In this document: positions 52,227 to 64,000 of the stretch, piece by piece
Position numbering within the stretch: position 1 is the first letter of the stretch
How the letters are laid out: every line of letters starts with the position of its first letter
Assembly (NCBI GenBank): GCA_032718475.1
Contig: JAUCBJ010007966.1
Coordinates: 1 to 64,000, forward strand
DNA: 64,000 nucleotides
Direction: 5' to 3'
Source: Nemertoderma westbladi
Lineage: Eukaryota; Animalia; Xenacoelomorpha
Notes under the pieces: generated by a model
Seen by the model: the letters and a program-made list of their open reading frames with translations, nothing else
Told to the model about the DNA's origin: nothing
Database searches by the model: none
Made by a program: the position numbers and the translations under genes

Positions 52227-53031
52227 TCAATCTCTATGGGACCAGTATACCAATGACACACCTGTACTCCAGGCATCCGTTTCCGTGACTTCCACCGGAT
52301 ACGACGGGTACCGTTTCAGTATGTCGTCCGCCATTACCAGCAGTTTCATGTTTTCCACCTCGTCGGAAGTAAACCCCGCCATCTTCGGGTCGTTCTCCAT
52401 CCCCACGTGGTGTCCCTGCCGTGGCGGTTTTGGCCTCGGCGCCAGGTAATTGTTCCGCCGTTCCCATGTACTCATCTTTCTTTGGGGATTAATTTTCTTG
52501 TCGTCGGAGTTCTGGGACATTCTGTTTTCGTTGTCGTTATCGTTATCGGCGGATGCAATCTCGGGAACCGGAATGAATGCGGCAACGCCTTTCCTGCGGG
52601 TCTTACCTTTGAGGTTTAGCCTGTCTGGAACGTTGGAACTACTTTCTGAGGATTCCTCCGCAATATTTGTTATTTCGACGGCCGCTGGGTCGTTAACAGT
52701 TTTAAATTTTTTAACTCTCGATTGTTTAACAATTGGAGGAGTTTCGAATTGGTTGAATCCGGAGCGGATGACGGAGATGCGTTTCATCCTCTGCGTTTCG
52801 TCCCGGACGAGGTCCTTGGAACCGCGTCTCTCGATCGTGATCACAGAAGTAAGCCGTCGCTTGCCCAACTGCTTGCGTGTCGGTGCGGTTGGCTTGGCAG
52901 GAATTGTTGCGTTGACAGATTCAGTAGCATCGCTATCCTTTTCCTCTCTATCAATATCTAAGTTATCGATATATTCATTAATATCGGTTGCGGGAAGAGG
53001 CGGTACTTTTTTTTGAATTGGTATTTTCTTC
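52227..53031 (-). CDS. Last coding exon of an uncharacterised gene
   Basis: Acceptor ATTTTGCAG|G. The frame is open from KKIPIQKKVPPLP... through the 213-aa ORF to ...DAWSTGVSLVYWSHRD*. Confidence 0.7.
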
Positions 53032-53515
53032 CTGCAAAATATATAATAATTATTTAATTAAAATCTTATAATGTAACATTTTATAAGATTACAATGCAAT
53101 TCGATCACCAGAGTTTAGTAGGTTATACTGCTTTGGGTTTTAAATAAATATATACTATGGCATGGTAAGGAATATATGAATGAATTACATTACTTTTTAT
53201 TAATAAATATATGAGCATTAAATAGCATTAACATATATCCACTCTTTATTAACCTCGATCGGGCTCGGAAATAAAATAACTCGAGAACAGTGAAAAACTT
53301 CTACTTTTTCCCCTGTGAAACACAATTATTGAACTTAAATTGATACTTTTTAAACAGGAAATAACAGAAATTCAGGATTTTCAAAATTCATTCAAAAAAC
53401 AAAAAAACTTTTTCCCAAAAGGAAAAACGTAACCATAGGATTACATTCCCCGGCGAGGGAAAGCAAAATTTATAAGTATTGGGTACAATAGTACAATAGT
53501 ATTGAGTACAGTAAC

Positions 53516-53781
53516 CTGGGATTCCATTTGGGAACATCGATTGTGTACCCAGTGAACTGGGAAGCCTTGTACTCCTTAGCCGGCACCATCCATGGCGGGT
53601 TCTCAGAGAACATCCATCGGGCGGTGTTACGTTGAGGGCTTGGGGAGCCAGTCGGTCCCGTTTCGTCCTCATCCTTGGTCGTTTCTTTTGGTTTATTGGA
53701 CGTTTCGTACCGTTTGCTATGGGTTTCTTTACCGGTAAATCCCTTTAATTGTTTCTTATTCACTGGCGCCTCATTCTGCAT
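53516..53781 (-). CDS. Upstream exon of the same uncharacterised gene, abutting a LINE tail
   Basis: ORF MQNEAPV...DVPKWNPR. Donor AG|GTTACT in phase 2 joins the 53031 acceptor in frame (AG+G = Arg). Confidence 0.6.
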
Positions 53782-53974
53782 TATTGGATGGTAATTATTT
53801 ATTTATTTATTAGTAAAAATCGGTTTTGCCGACGGTTTAAAAAGAGGTGCACATTCCCATTCATTTATGGGCTATTGAATTAAAACGCATGTATAACTGT
53901 AAATTAGAAGTAAAATTGCACAATAATAGGAGTACATTATAGTCCGAAAAACTCGAGTAAACGCCCATGTTTTG

Positions 53975-56954
53975 TTATAAACTCTGTTTGAGGCTATAGC
54001 AGTCTTTTATGAACGTAGCCTGCTCTTTAGTTTTGCAACTCGGATGTAGAGGTCGTAGGCGTTCTGTTAGATGTCCTCTATGGTAGCGGTAGTTCAGTAG
54101 AGACGATACTGACGGGAGTCCATGATCCAACGCTGCATATTTAATGCTGCTGCTGAGTCCCATGAACTTGGAAGTTGATCGCAGGTTTGATAGAAGGTTC
54201 ACCCGAAGACTAAGTTGCAGACAAAAATTAGGGCAATTAGTAGCTCTGAGTATGGTTCCAAGACAAGCCTTGACAGATTGCGTTGTGATCTGTGGTGTGT
54301 CAAAGAGAGTGTATAAACATTCGTTAGATACATAGTTGCCGACAAAGAGTAGGCCACGGAGTAGCTTTCTATAGTGGGCGTCAAGTCGCCCTTGGTCGTC
54401 GATGGACATTGCGCTTATGCTAAATCCTTGGGAGTGTAAGTAAGAGGGAATTGCTATTGATTTCCAGAAGTGTGAAATTACTTCTATAGGGTAGTGTTTC
54501 GCAGTCCAACCATTTCTAATAAATCTTTCTGATAGTATGGTGAGAGTACGTATACAATCAGCTAGGGGCATGCATTGCGATCTCAGAGTCACCCCCAGAA
54601 AGCTGATAAGTTCGGAGTCAGGCAAAAGTTTTCCACCAATATTTAGTGCAGCTGGAGTGTGATCGGTGTTCCTTGATTTGAAGACTGTCCCTTTTACTTT
54701 TGGTGGGGTCGGTTTGTAGCTTTAATTTATCCAATTCATTGCAAATTATATGAACCATTCTTTCCAATGACAGCCCAGAATTCGCTAAACACGAGGATAT
54801 CGTCAGCATAGTTAATGACCCATAATGCTGCCCTGTTGCTATTTGAGACTGTTGTGCATAATGCTTCATAGATAGACTCCGTGAAGAAGTTAAAAAGACA
54901 GGGCGAAATTAAGGATCCTTGTTTCACTCCTATTCTAACCTTGAAGCCACTGATGTCTACGCTGCCATCAATGGATATAAACATTAGCCCCAGTCTATAG
55001 TAACTGAATAGCACTCTGCATATGTATGGGTTTAAAACCTCCAGGAGTCGACTAAATAAAAGACAGTGGTCCACTGAGTCGAAGGCAGCGGCTATGTCAA
55101 CCTGGCAGGCAAAGGTGGGTATGGTAGATTGGCGGTTATGTTCAAGCTGTTCAAGAATTCCAGCAATTATTAAATCTATTCCGATTCCCTTTTGGTACGC
55201 TAGCTGCGCCGGATGATGTTTAGTAATGGTGGATAGGTAGTGTTTAAGTATTATCGCTTCGAACACCTTCGCGAATATGGATATACTAGAGATTGGCCTA
55301 TATGAGGTTGGGTCAGTCTGCTCTTTTCCTTTTCCCTTATAGATGCATGTAAGAATAGTTTCGCCAAACAGGTCAGGGACCACTCCAATTCTAAATGATG
55401 CGTTTATTACCATTGCGAATGATTTGCAGATGTCACTCTCCTTACTGTGTATCAGGTGCTCTACTGTTAGCATCCTGTTATCGGGAGACTTGCGTTTGGA
55501 AAGAGATAATATCAAATTGCGGATTGCCAATTCCGATACAGTGGGTATGTCAGCAGATCCTGTATTACAACGATCAGCAATATCATTATCAAGTTTAGTA
55601 ACGTCATCGCTACAGCTTTCCCTCCCAAACCGATATTTAAAGAAGTCTGTTAATTTTGACCTCATTTCTGGATCGCAAGGTTGTTTAGCCTTGTGTTTTG
55701 AATTGAAATGAGACCAGAAAGCTCTGGGATTACCCCTCATCTTGTTCGCCACATAGGTTATATTATCAGCTATCTGTGATTTGAGGAGCCAGTTTCTCAA
55801 CCGCATTATTGATCGTTTGGAGTTCTTGAAGTGAGTTTTGTATTCATCGTTGCCTTGCTTGCCTCTTTCTAACCATACTCGGTAAAGTTCCTTGGACGTT
55901 TTTAGTCTCTCTGACAGAAGTTTGTTTCTCACACGTAGGTTCCTTGTTTTCCTCCGCAGTTTGTTGATTGGTATATTATTGACAGCAGAGTTTGTAATTA
56001 TTTCTTGAAATTTGTTAGTAAAGGTATTTAAATCGTTAGCTGTCCACTCTGTGTTGTCTGGTTTCGTCTGTAGCAGCAAATTTTTGAGTTCACGGTTGAC
56101 TTCATTTTTGTAGTTGTTTAATTGATTCTCGGTGCTCCTGGACCAGTTGAATCGAATTGTCCGGCGAGTTTTGGACTTTGGGAGATGTGTTGAGGATGTA
56201 TTCCAGGAGGTGGAGTCAAAAGCTATGGAGCATGTGACTGGGACATGGTCTGAATGATTGAGGGTTTCATTAATTGTGAATATGTGACCATCGGTTATTG
56301 TTGATAGAGCCGACTGAGGAGTGAGGATGTGGTCGATGTAGCTTTGGCCCTGGCCATAGAAGGTATTGCAGGGCCCAGAGAACGAACCAAATGTGTCTAT
56401 AGCCGTGATGTTGTAGTCTTCAAGGAAGCGTATGAGATCTCTCCCTTGCATAGAAGGTTCAAGTCGACTAAATCTATCCCCCTGTTTGCTGCCTACATCT
56501 CCATTTGCATCCGTCAAAATGATAGGCATATGTGGTCATCATTATCACTAATCATGGATGCAAGCCGCCCAAGAAAATCGTTATAGGTTGATATCCCCTT
56601 ACTGGAATCAGTTGCGTATGCCGATATCAATAAAACTTTTGAACTATTTATGGTAGTTTTGATGCCAATGATGTCTCCCTTCGATTGAACCCTTGAATAA
56701 GAAGAGAAGAGGGTTTTTCTGAATAGCAAAGCTACCCCTCCTCTAGTTTGTGAGTTGCTTGTGTAGGTGGTAGTGTGTCCTGGTAGGTATTCACAATGAA
56801 AATCGTTAGAGTGGAAGTCCTCTAGAATTCGTTTACAGAACACTATGTCAAGCCAATGTTCTTGGACTGCAAGGACGTCAGTATCATTTAATAGCTTATA
56901 AGTATATTCGTAGTTGCCTGTAAGACCACATGCATTGAAGGTCATTATACGCAC
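53975..56954 (-). pseudogene. LINE ORF2 (apurinic endonuclease + reverse transcriptase), three frameshifts
   Basis: APE motifs TFNACGL, VQEHWL, RGGVALL, DAN, IDHI and SDHVPV. RT motifs YRPIS, DIAAAFDSV, GVKQGSLISPCLFN and YADD. Confidence 0.92.
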
Positions 56955-56993
56955 TGATGTAATGAGAGGGGGTTTAGTGCTTTGGGGCTTCTG

Positions 56994-58448
56994 TCAATGG
57001 TGGTGCTGTTGTTGTCCATGATGGTTCGACATGGTAGGTTGGTGTGTGGGTGTGTCGGTGTGCATGTATTCTATATAATCATCTGTACTGTTCGTTTGCA
57101 GTTCATCAGTTGTTTTATTGTCATCCCAATGATGATATGACCGGTGTTCTTTGAGATAGTGATCATTATTCAGTCGTCCATCGCTTCTCTCTCTTATACT
57201 ATAATTGTCACTGTGATGTGCAGCCCATCCGTGATGATTACTACCATATATGTCTTCGTAAGAAGTTGGATTTATTAGTGGTGTATGAGGATCATAATTA
57301 GGGTGGTGTGTGAATGTGTGGAACTCTCTCATATAATGTTCAGTACCTGATAGGTGGAATATACTTTGGCGTGTGTACCATTCGGTGCACTTAATGCCAC
57401 CAGGCCAGAAGGAGTCTGCCAGAACGGTAGGCAGAAGGTGGTTATCTATAATGATCTTGAAGTTCTTTATTTTATTATCGATTCGGCTGGATGATCTGTA
57501 GGCAGTGACATTTCGTTCTTGTAGGTAGTTGGTTATATCATCATCTGTGTGTGACATATGAAGCCCGTTGATGAAAATGGCAGCTTTCTTGGTTCCACCT
57601 GGTTCAGCACAAAGCAGGTTGGTTTTCCTTTGAGTGGAGGTTCGAAAGTTGGATGAGTTGTTGTGAATGTTGGAAGTGACCTTGTTGGATTTGGCCGTGA
57701 GCAACGGCGGTTGATTTGGTACTTGTTTGCTTTGCACGTGGGAAATTTCGGTATCAAGAACCGAAAACCGATTGTGTTGGTTGCTAGGCTTCATGGTTTT
57801 CCTAGACAGGTTTGTATCCACAGGCTTTGAGGTACTGCTTCTGTATTTCTTTCTATATACTGACTCGGTCCAACCTGAGTTGTTATTCTCTGAGTTCTCG
57901 GCAGCCTCGGAATCTGTGGAGCATGCTACTGAGTCAATAGTTGTTAGGGAGCTAAATGAGTCATTGTGCTCACATTTTATGACATATGTTTCATTGATTC
58001 GGTTCATGGTAGCTGATGATCCTGATTGTAGGTTGTTAGACACCATGTTGTCGGTGAACACATTGTCCATACGTGAATGTTGTTGTGTTTGGCAACCAGA
58101 TGATTCGACTTTGTGCTCCAATAAGAGACGACAGTGGCGCTCACGAGTAAGCTCTTCTACAATGTTGTCATAATTCCCCTTTAGAGCGTCGTATTTATTT
58201 TCCATTTGACAGAGGCGTGTTTGAATTACTGCAATAGTATTGATCAGGTCCTGACGCAAGCATTCAATGGATTGCGTATTATCTGAGTATTCGGCATCTA
58301 GCGTTAAACGTTTCTTACAGGGTTCTGTAAATATCCCATCTTCTTTACAGCAGTAGAGTTCGTATATGTCATGTGCAAGTTCACCAGCTGCAGAACGGGT
58401 ACGAAGTTGCAACCTTGCACAGTTTTGAACTACATTATTAGGTGACAA
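56994..58448 (-). CDS. LINE ORF1, 484 aa
   Basis: Lies directly upstream of ORF2. Has a coiled-coil-like N-terminal half, an RRM-like AAIFINGL...DSFWPGGIKCTEW segment typical of LINE ORF1, and a His-rich tail. Confidence 0.75.
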   Translation of the reverse strand: MSPNNVVQNCARLQLRTRSAAGELAHDIYELYCCKEDGIFTEPCKKRLTLDAEYSDNTQSIECLRQDLINTIAVIQTRLCQMENKYDALKGNYDNIVEELTRERHCRLLLEHKVESSGCQTQQHSRMDNVFTDNMVSNNLQSGSSATMNRINETYVIKCEHNDSFSSLTTIDSVACSTDSEAAENSENNNSGWTESVYRKKYRSSTSKPVDTNLSRKTMKPSNQHNRFSVLDTEISHVQSKQVPNQPPLLTAKSNKVTSNIHNNSSNFRTSTQRKTNLLCAEPGGTKKAAIFINGLHMSHTDDDITNYLQERNVTAYRSSSRIDNKIKNFKIIIDNHLLPTVLADSFWPGGIKCTEWYTRQSIFHLSGTEHYMREFHTFTHHPNYDPHTPLINPTSYEDIYGSNHHGWAAHHSDNYSIRERSDGRLNNDHYLKEHRSYHHWDDNKTTDELQTNSTDDYIEYMHTDTPTHQPTMSNHHGQQQHHH

Positions 58449-58765
58449 TGGCTATGCTCTTTCGGAAATTTGCATTGTTCCATTTCTGAAACTAGGAAAT
58501 CCTGAGAGGAGTTTTATATTCGCGTGCATAATTTGGTCAGTTAAAGCGGTGGTTTTACTGTCTCTGTAGCGTGTTAAGAATATCCCTTGAGCGACTTGTA
58601 ATTACCGCTTGCTTTCACAACCAAGCGAAGATATTTTGGGGCCCAGGCACGTTTGATGATTTGAAGAAGACGGCAACGTACCTGTACCAGTTCCAATACA
58701 TTCCAGCACATATATAAGAAAATGGGTGGGAAAAAGAGAAAAGAAGTGGTTGATTCATGACCTAC

Positions 58766-61435
58766 TATAGATGCGACCCGCCAAGCTGCTACAAAGCCCC
58801 TAAATTTAGTGGGCCAGTTATTTCTCTTAGATAGAATCCCTGAAACAATAGGTCTAGCGCGTCGAAAGTACTTGGCCCTAACTAAAATTACGTCCTCTTT
58901 CAGAGGAGACAAATAAAAATGTAATAGCTCCCGTAGTTTTCGAGATATGAGGAGTTCCTGGCACCCATAACATATCAACACTTTTCGCAATTGATAAAAT
59001 TACACAAAATACATCACCCTTCAAAGACTTTGGTATAACCATACTATGCTTTTTTGTTTTGTTGAATTCATTACTAGTAATCGAAAGCAAGATTAGAAGC
59101 AACATTTTAATTTTTTTAAATAGATACTAAAAGATCACCAAAAGTGCAAATAGAACGTTTTTCAAAAGTGGTAAATTTACCCTATAGTTTGGCTAGAGAA
59201 GGTTTTAGAATTGTGCTGATCTCATTGGGAAGGTTTATTCCTCTACATCAAACATATCGAAGAGTTGTGTAATATAACAGCATAGGCATGTTGTTATTTA
59301 TATTAGTTATTAGTCAGTTATTTGTGCCCCCTGGAGGACGAAAAAAACAAGTACTGGAAATATGATAATGAAAAATCACCTCAAAATCAATTTGATTTTA
59401 TGACCATATATGATTTTTGGGATGCTGATCACGAATATGACACTGAAAAATATCCAACCTTGTTGATTACTTTTGGATACGTGTCAATATGCGGCACGAA
59501 AACTACAAGTAACACAAATTTGATAACAAAAATCATAACCAAATCAATATAATTTTATGACATTATGGGTTTTCAGGGATGCTGATCACGAATATGACAC
59601 TCGACAATATCGTATTATCCAACCAAATTCGATTTTTGCAGTTTGAAATTTTATCTTACTTGTATTTTTCGCCCCACTAGACCAACACAAAAAATGATAG
59701 TTGCGTTACCACGAATGATTTCTAGCGAGTTGTAACGATATTGATATGATATTGATATTGCGGTAGTAACTAGTAACTGAATATGAATCTCTTAATTCCG
59801 CATCAAACACTTAGTAGAGTTAGAGTAGAGTAATATAAATTATCACATCAGTTCCTGAAATCATTAAACGACACTATTTTCCAGGACATGGTGTAGTTAA
59901 GTAGTAACCATACTCCATTATATATCAATAATTATTGCAGTTAATAAAAATTCCCCTAAATAATATCAGTCCCTCATTATATTGAAGTCGTAATATTAAT
60001 TCATCGTAGCATATCTATGAATTATGTATCAATAACCTTTGTTTATTAAATCTAAGATGCGAACACTATTAATAAGGACGCATTGTCTTACTTGAGATAC
60101 TCCGAAAGGGCCGATATGTCCTCGAGGGATTCAGATAGGAGTCCCGCTGGTTTAGGAGGGTAGCGTTATGGTTCTTAAAGAATACCCCCCCCCCCCCCCC
60201 CCCCCCAACCCCAAGTCCAGCAGTAGTAGCTTCATCTCTACATCAGATAAAAAAAAACAAATTTTACTCTCCTTCATGAATTTCGATGGACGACGGACCG
60301 TAATATTCTTTTTACTGGCGGTCTTCGAGGAGTTTGAGGCAATCTGCACACTGAAGTCGGAACAGATTCCGGTGATTCGTTGAACATGAAGAGCATCTTT
60401 TGATAAAGATGGCCGATTTTAGTTACTGAATATATCGCCCGTCGAAATGTACAAATGTTAGTGAAGGCCCTGTAGAAGAACCCTGACGAGTCGAACTAAG
60501 TGCCACTGTAGACCGAGCGTGCGAGCGGCATCCATACCCATACACACAGCAGTTTCCAACTATAACTGCTACTGCCTGCATACAGATTCAGATACAGTTC
60601 TATGTCCAGACCAAGATTAGGCCCCCGCGGCGCCGTGGCTGCCAGCCCGCTAGAGGTGATAATAACTATTCAAATAAACTGACGTAATCAAGTAATGTAA
60701 TAATGATAAGGCATTGATGCCTAACAGCATAATGCAGTCAGCAGTAATGGAATGCCTAACGTGCAAGTGATGCAGTACAACAGTCCGAGTGCAGCAGTGC
60801 AATGCAAATACCACATACAGAACAATACACTGCATTACCGAACCAGTACCAGAGTACTGAAGTACTGAAATAGAAGTGCACTGGATGGCACTTAGAATTT
60901 TCGACTGACAAATTGGCCATTTTTTAAAATGCCACAATTTTGTAAACCTTGCCAATGAAATCAGCACATTCTAAAACCCCAGTAGCCAAACTATACGGCC
61001 AAATTACCACTTTTGGATATTTGAAAATTTCGAGCTACTTGTAATTTTGGTGCTCTTTTAGTGTCTATTAAAAAATAAGCAATGAAGATTTTATTCGAAT
61101 TTCGCTTTCGATTACAAATAATGAATTCGACCAACCAAAAAAATCATAGTATGGTTTAATGGTTATACCCAAGTCTTTGAAGGGTGATGAATTTTGAGTA
61201 ATTTTATCAATTTCGAAAGGTGCTGATATAGTATGGGTGCCAGGAACTCCCCATATCTCGAAAACTACTGGAGCTATTACATTTTTATTTGTCTCATCTG
61301 AAAGAGGACATAATTTTAGTTAGGGACAAGTACTTTCGACGCGCTAGACGTATTGTTTCAGGGATTCTAACTAAGAGAAATGACTGGCCCACTAAATTTA
61401 GGGGCTTTGTAGCAGCTTGGCGGGTCGCATCTATA
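58766..61435. mobile_element. Non-autonomous DNA transposon with ~470-bp terminal inverted repeats
   Basis: TATAGATGCGACCCGCCAAGCTGCTACAAAGCCCCTAAATTTAGTGGGCCAGT... at 58766 is the reverse complement of the sequence ending at 61435. Homology extends to about 59236 and 60943. TA/TATA at the junctions and no transposase ORF inside. Confidence 0.92.
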
Positions 61436-61696
61436 TGCACACACGAATTTAGGGAGTTGCAGTTTACCCTTCTTAGGTAAGCCGATTATAATGCCGAGCC
61501 AGCATAAAGGATAACAATTGAGTCCGCCGCTAAATATAAGGTTAAATAAGACAATGTAGATATGGATGTATCAAAGGTAACTGCGTTTTCACAGTTTGCG
61601 CTTGGAGGCCATCCGCAGAGCTGCTGGAGTTTTTCATTGTATTAGATAGAAGCACTTTGTATCTCTTCAGCCGTTATTTCATGGTCTGTAGATTGA

Positions 61697-62209
61697 TGTA
61701 ATAGATATAACTATACTGTGCGGTGACGGGTATACATAACAGGCCATGCCTATATATTATATATTATTAAGTATAGTGCTGCTACCGGTACACAATATAC
61801 TATGTCACTCTAAGTCTGAGATGAGTAATATACGTCTGGATGTCCCAGTCTAGTCCTGTAGTCAGCATACATTTGATTACACCATGGCGCAAGTGTGTAG
61901 GCCTGATACCTACTGTAATATACAAATAAAGGAATACCAGTAGTTATTCGATGGAAACCTACCTACATGTAAATTCACTGCTCTGCATACAATTGCTACA
62001 ATATGCAGGAACTATGCTGAAATACAAAAATACTGGGCTGTAATACCGGTCCGTATCATACAGTCATACGGTGTGTTGGTGACCAGGCTGCCAGGGCTAA
62101 TCTGCTAATGGCGTAATACAGTAATATAACCGTATAAAGAATCACTGAATACCGGAATAGTGTATACACTGTACAGCTGTAGCCTAAGTGCCTAGGCCTA
62201 TACGCTAAT
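61697..62209 (+). mobile_element. Probable 5' LTR and leader of the Gypsy element (boundaries uncertain)
   Basis: Possible TG start (TGTAATA, 61697), candidate ...ACCA|TGGCGC primer-binding site at 61885, and AATAAA near 61925. There is no second LTR in the window to confirm it. Confidence 0.35.
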
Positions 62210-64000
62210 ATGGATGCATCTGCAACTGAATTAAAACAAGTAAAGAAAAGTCATATTGGGTTTAAATCTTATTTTACCCGATGTGTTAACTTATGTAATG
62301 CTAGTATACATAGTATTGACCAGCAACGAGTTTCTGACCGATCAAATCTGATGATCGATGACCTATTTGAACAATTTGGAAAAATAAAGATCGCTTATGA
62401 AAAATTAAATGAGTCACTTCTTAAATTAGAAGAATTCCCAGAAGATTGTTCTAATGAACAGGATCATTTCGACCAATGTACACAAGAAATGATGGATTTA
62501 CGAACTAAGGTTGGTATTATAATGAATACTGCCAGTACAGAAACTCTAACACATTCAGCCAACACACCTACCGGTAATAATTTTATTGGTGTTCAGAGCC
62601 TACCTAAGGACAATGCTCCTAGGGCTCCAGTAAATAAGCCACCCTGTTTGGATGATGATTTAGATATAAAATCATTTAATCGTTGGCGTAAATCTTGGAA
62701 TAATTATTCCAAAGTTGTGCAGCTAAATAAACAGCCAAGGGATGAACAGGTATCTGCATTTTTTGGTTATTGCACCCCAGCATTGCTATCCAAACTCGAA
62801 CATGCTGTTCACATTCCACAGGAGACAAACTTACAATTAGATGCAGTTTTAGGTGAATTAGAAAATTATCTAAGAAGTAAGCAGAATCTATCATTAGACA
62901 GACTAGAATTAACACTCTGTCGCCAAGTTGAAGGCGAAAATTTTGACGATTACTACACTCGTCTATGTGAAATTGCTAGTACAGCAGGCTTAAGAGACAT
63001 GACCGAAGACGAGTGGATGTCTACCCTGGTAACAGTCGGTATCCAAAACGAAGAAATTCGTCAAGATTTGCTTGCAAAGTCACCCCCATTAGATCATGAT
63101 GGTACCGTGAAGTTTTGCAGAACTGAAGAGGCAGCAAGGGTACACCGTGCTAAAGTTAAGCGTGTATTGTCAAGCGGCTCAAATAATTTTAGCACTGTTG
63201 CAGCCACAAGTTCTGCTACTGGGCAACATAGAAAAGGCCGGAGTAATCAACGCTATTTTAACCAAGGAGGTCGAAATCGTAGCTACTCCAAGGGAAGAAA
63301 TAAATCCCCTAACCCAGTCAGTAATCGCTCCGGATCTTGTTACCGTTGCGGCAACCCTCGCCATGAAAAGGGTATCAAATTCTGTCCTGCAATGGAAAGA
63401 ACATGTAATAAGTGTTTAAAAAAAGGACATTTTGCTTCTGTTTGCCACACAAAGGAATCGAAGATACAGTCGTCTTCTGCATCTGTTCATGCTGCCACAG
63501 TAGGGGATGAATCAGAATCACCTACAGTATCCGTTGTCATAGTTGACCCAAAGAGAGATAAATTTCTCGGATATTGCAGTGCTGTTGCAGATACTGGTTC
63601 AGGATATTCAGTTGCGGGTCCAAAATTTCTGAATTTAATGGGTTTATGCTTTGATGACCTTGCAGCACCATCATTGACTGATGAGCTTGTCAGTATTAAT
63701 GAACAATGTTTAGTGCAAATTGGGGAAATTGATCTCTCCATCCAGTTAGATGGCAGAGAGGTCACTGATAAAATCGTAATCTGCGAAGACATTCTTAAAT
63801 TATATATGTCACTTCATGCTTGTAAGGTGTTGGATATTGTATCCGAAAGTTTCCCTTACCCCCCACCATTAAAAAAACGTATCCCCATTGCTGGGATATT
63901 TGGTGTGCACAATGATACTGATACAACCCAGAGAAACCCTGTTATGGACACAGAGTTTATGGAAGATTGGCTAAATAATCTTCCAGTTGAACCAACTAAT
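62210..64000 (+). mobile_element. Ty3/Gypsy (Mag-like) gag-protease polyprotein ORF, open to the window end
   Basis: Manual translation MDASATELKQ... gives 597 codons with no stop. Contains gag RQVEGENFDDYYTRL, two zinc knuckles (CYRCGNPRHEKGIKFC, CNKCLKKGHFASVC) and aspartic protease ADTGS in the same frame. Confidence 0.92.

Larger units (their letters stand above)
53795..58765 (-). mobile_element. Near full-length two-ORF non-LTR retrotransposon (APE + RT; clade uncertain, RTE-X or L2/CR1 group), frameshifted
   Basis: (TAAA)n tail at 53795-53811. ORF2 is in four shifted pieces and ORF1 lies upstream. The 5' region is cut by the TIR element at 58766 and may resume after 61435. Confidence 0.9.

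Noticed and set aside
60480-60520. Hammerhead ribozyme (CTGACGAG core)
   Set aside because: There is no correctly placed GAAA and no closing stems.
61690-61705. Target-site duplication of the big LINE (ATTGATGTAAT vs ATTGGATGGTAAT at 53783)
   Set aside because: It needs two gaps in 13 bp of AT-rich sequence, so it is likely chance.

Overview
AT-rich, repeat-rich animal (probably invertebrate) genomic DNA; nothing looks prokaryotic. Three host genes lie on the minus strand. (1) A multi-exon MATCAP/KIAA0895-like tubulin carboxypeptidase, with exons rebuilt by hand at 23649-27694, the HEIGTH...EEG motif and one GC-AG intron; the ORF track shows it only as fragments. (2) A 2512-aa LOXHD1 with 17 PLAT domains in one uninterrupted ORF and an RFX/FOX-like promoter. 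(3) An unknown two-exon gene abutted by a LINE. Main finding: the >=23.6-kb satellite filling the left of the window is a tandem amplification of the MATCAP exon's last ~23 nt (coding VSLESEEG) plus its 5' splice site. This makes a giant G-rich intron of roughly 600 decoy-donor units, with higher-order duplications and a SINE inside it. The rest is five more tandem arrays, foldback/MITE elements, three RTE LINE copies, a degenerate two-ORF LINE, a long-TIR DNA element and a Ty3/Gypsy gag-protease ORF running off the right edge. All calls are by eye and no database searches were run.
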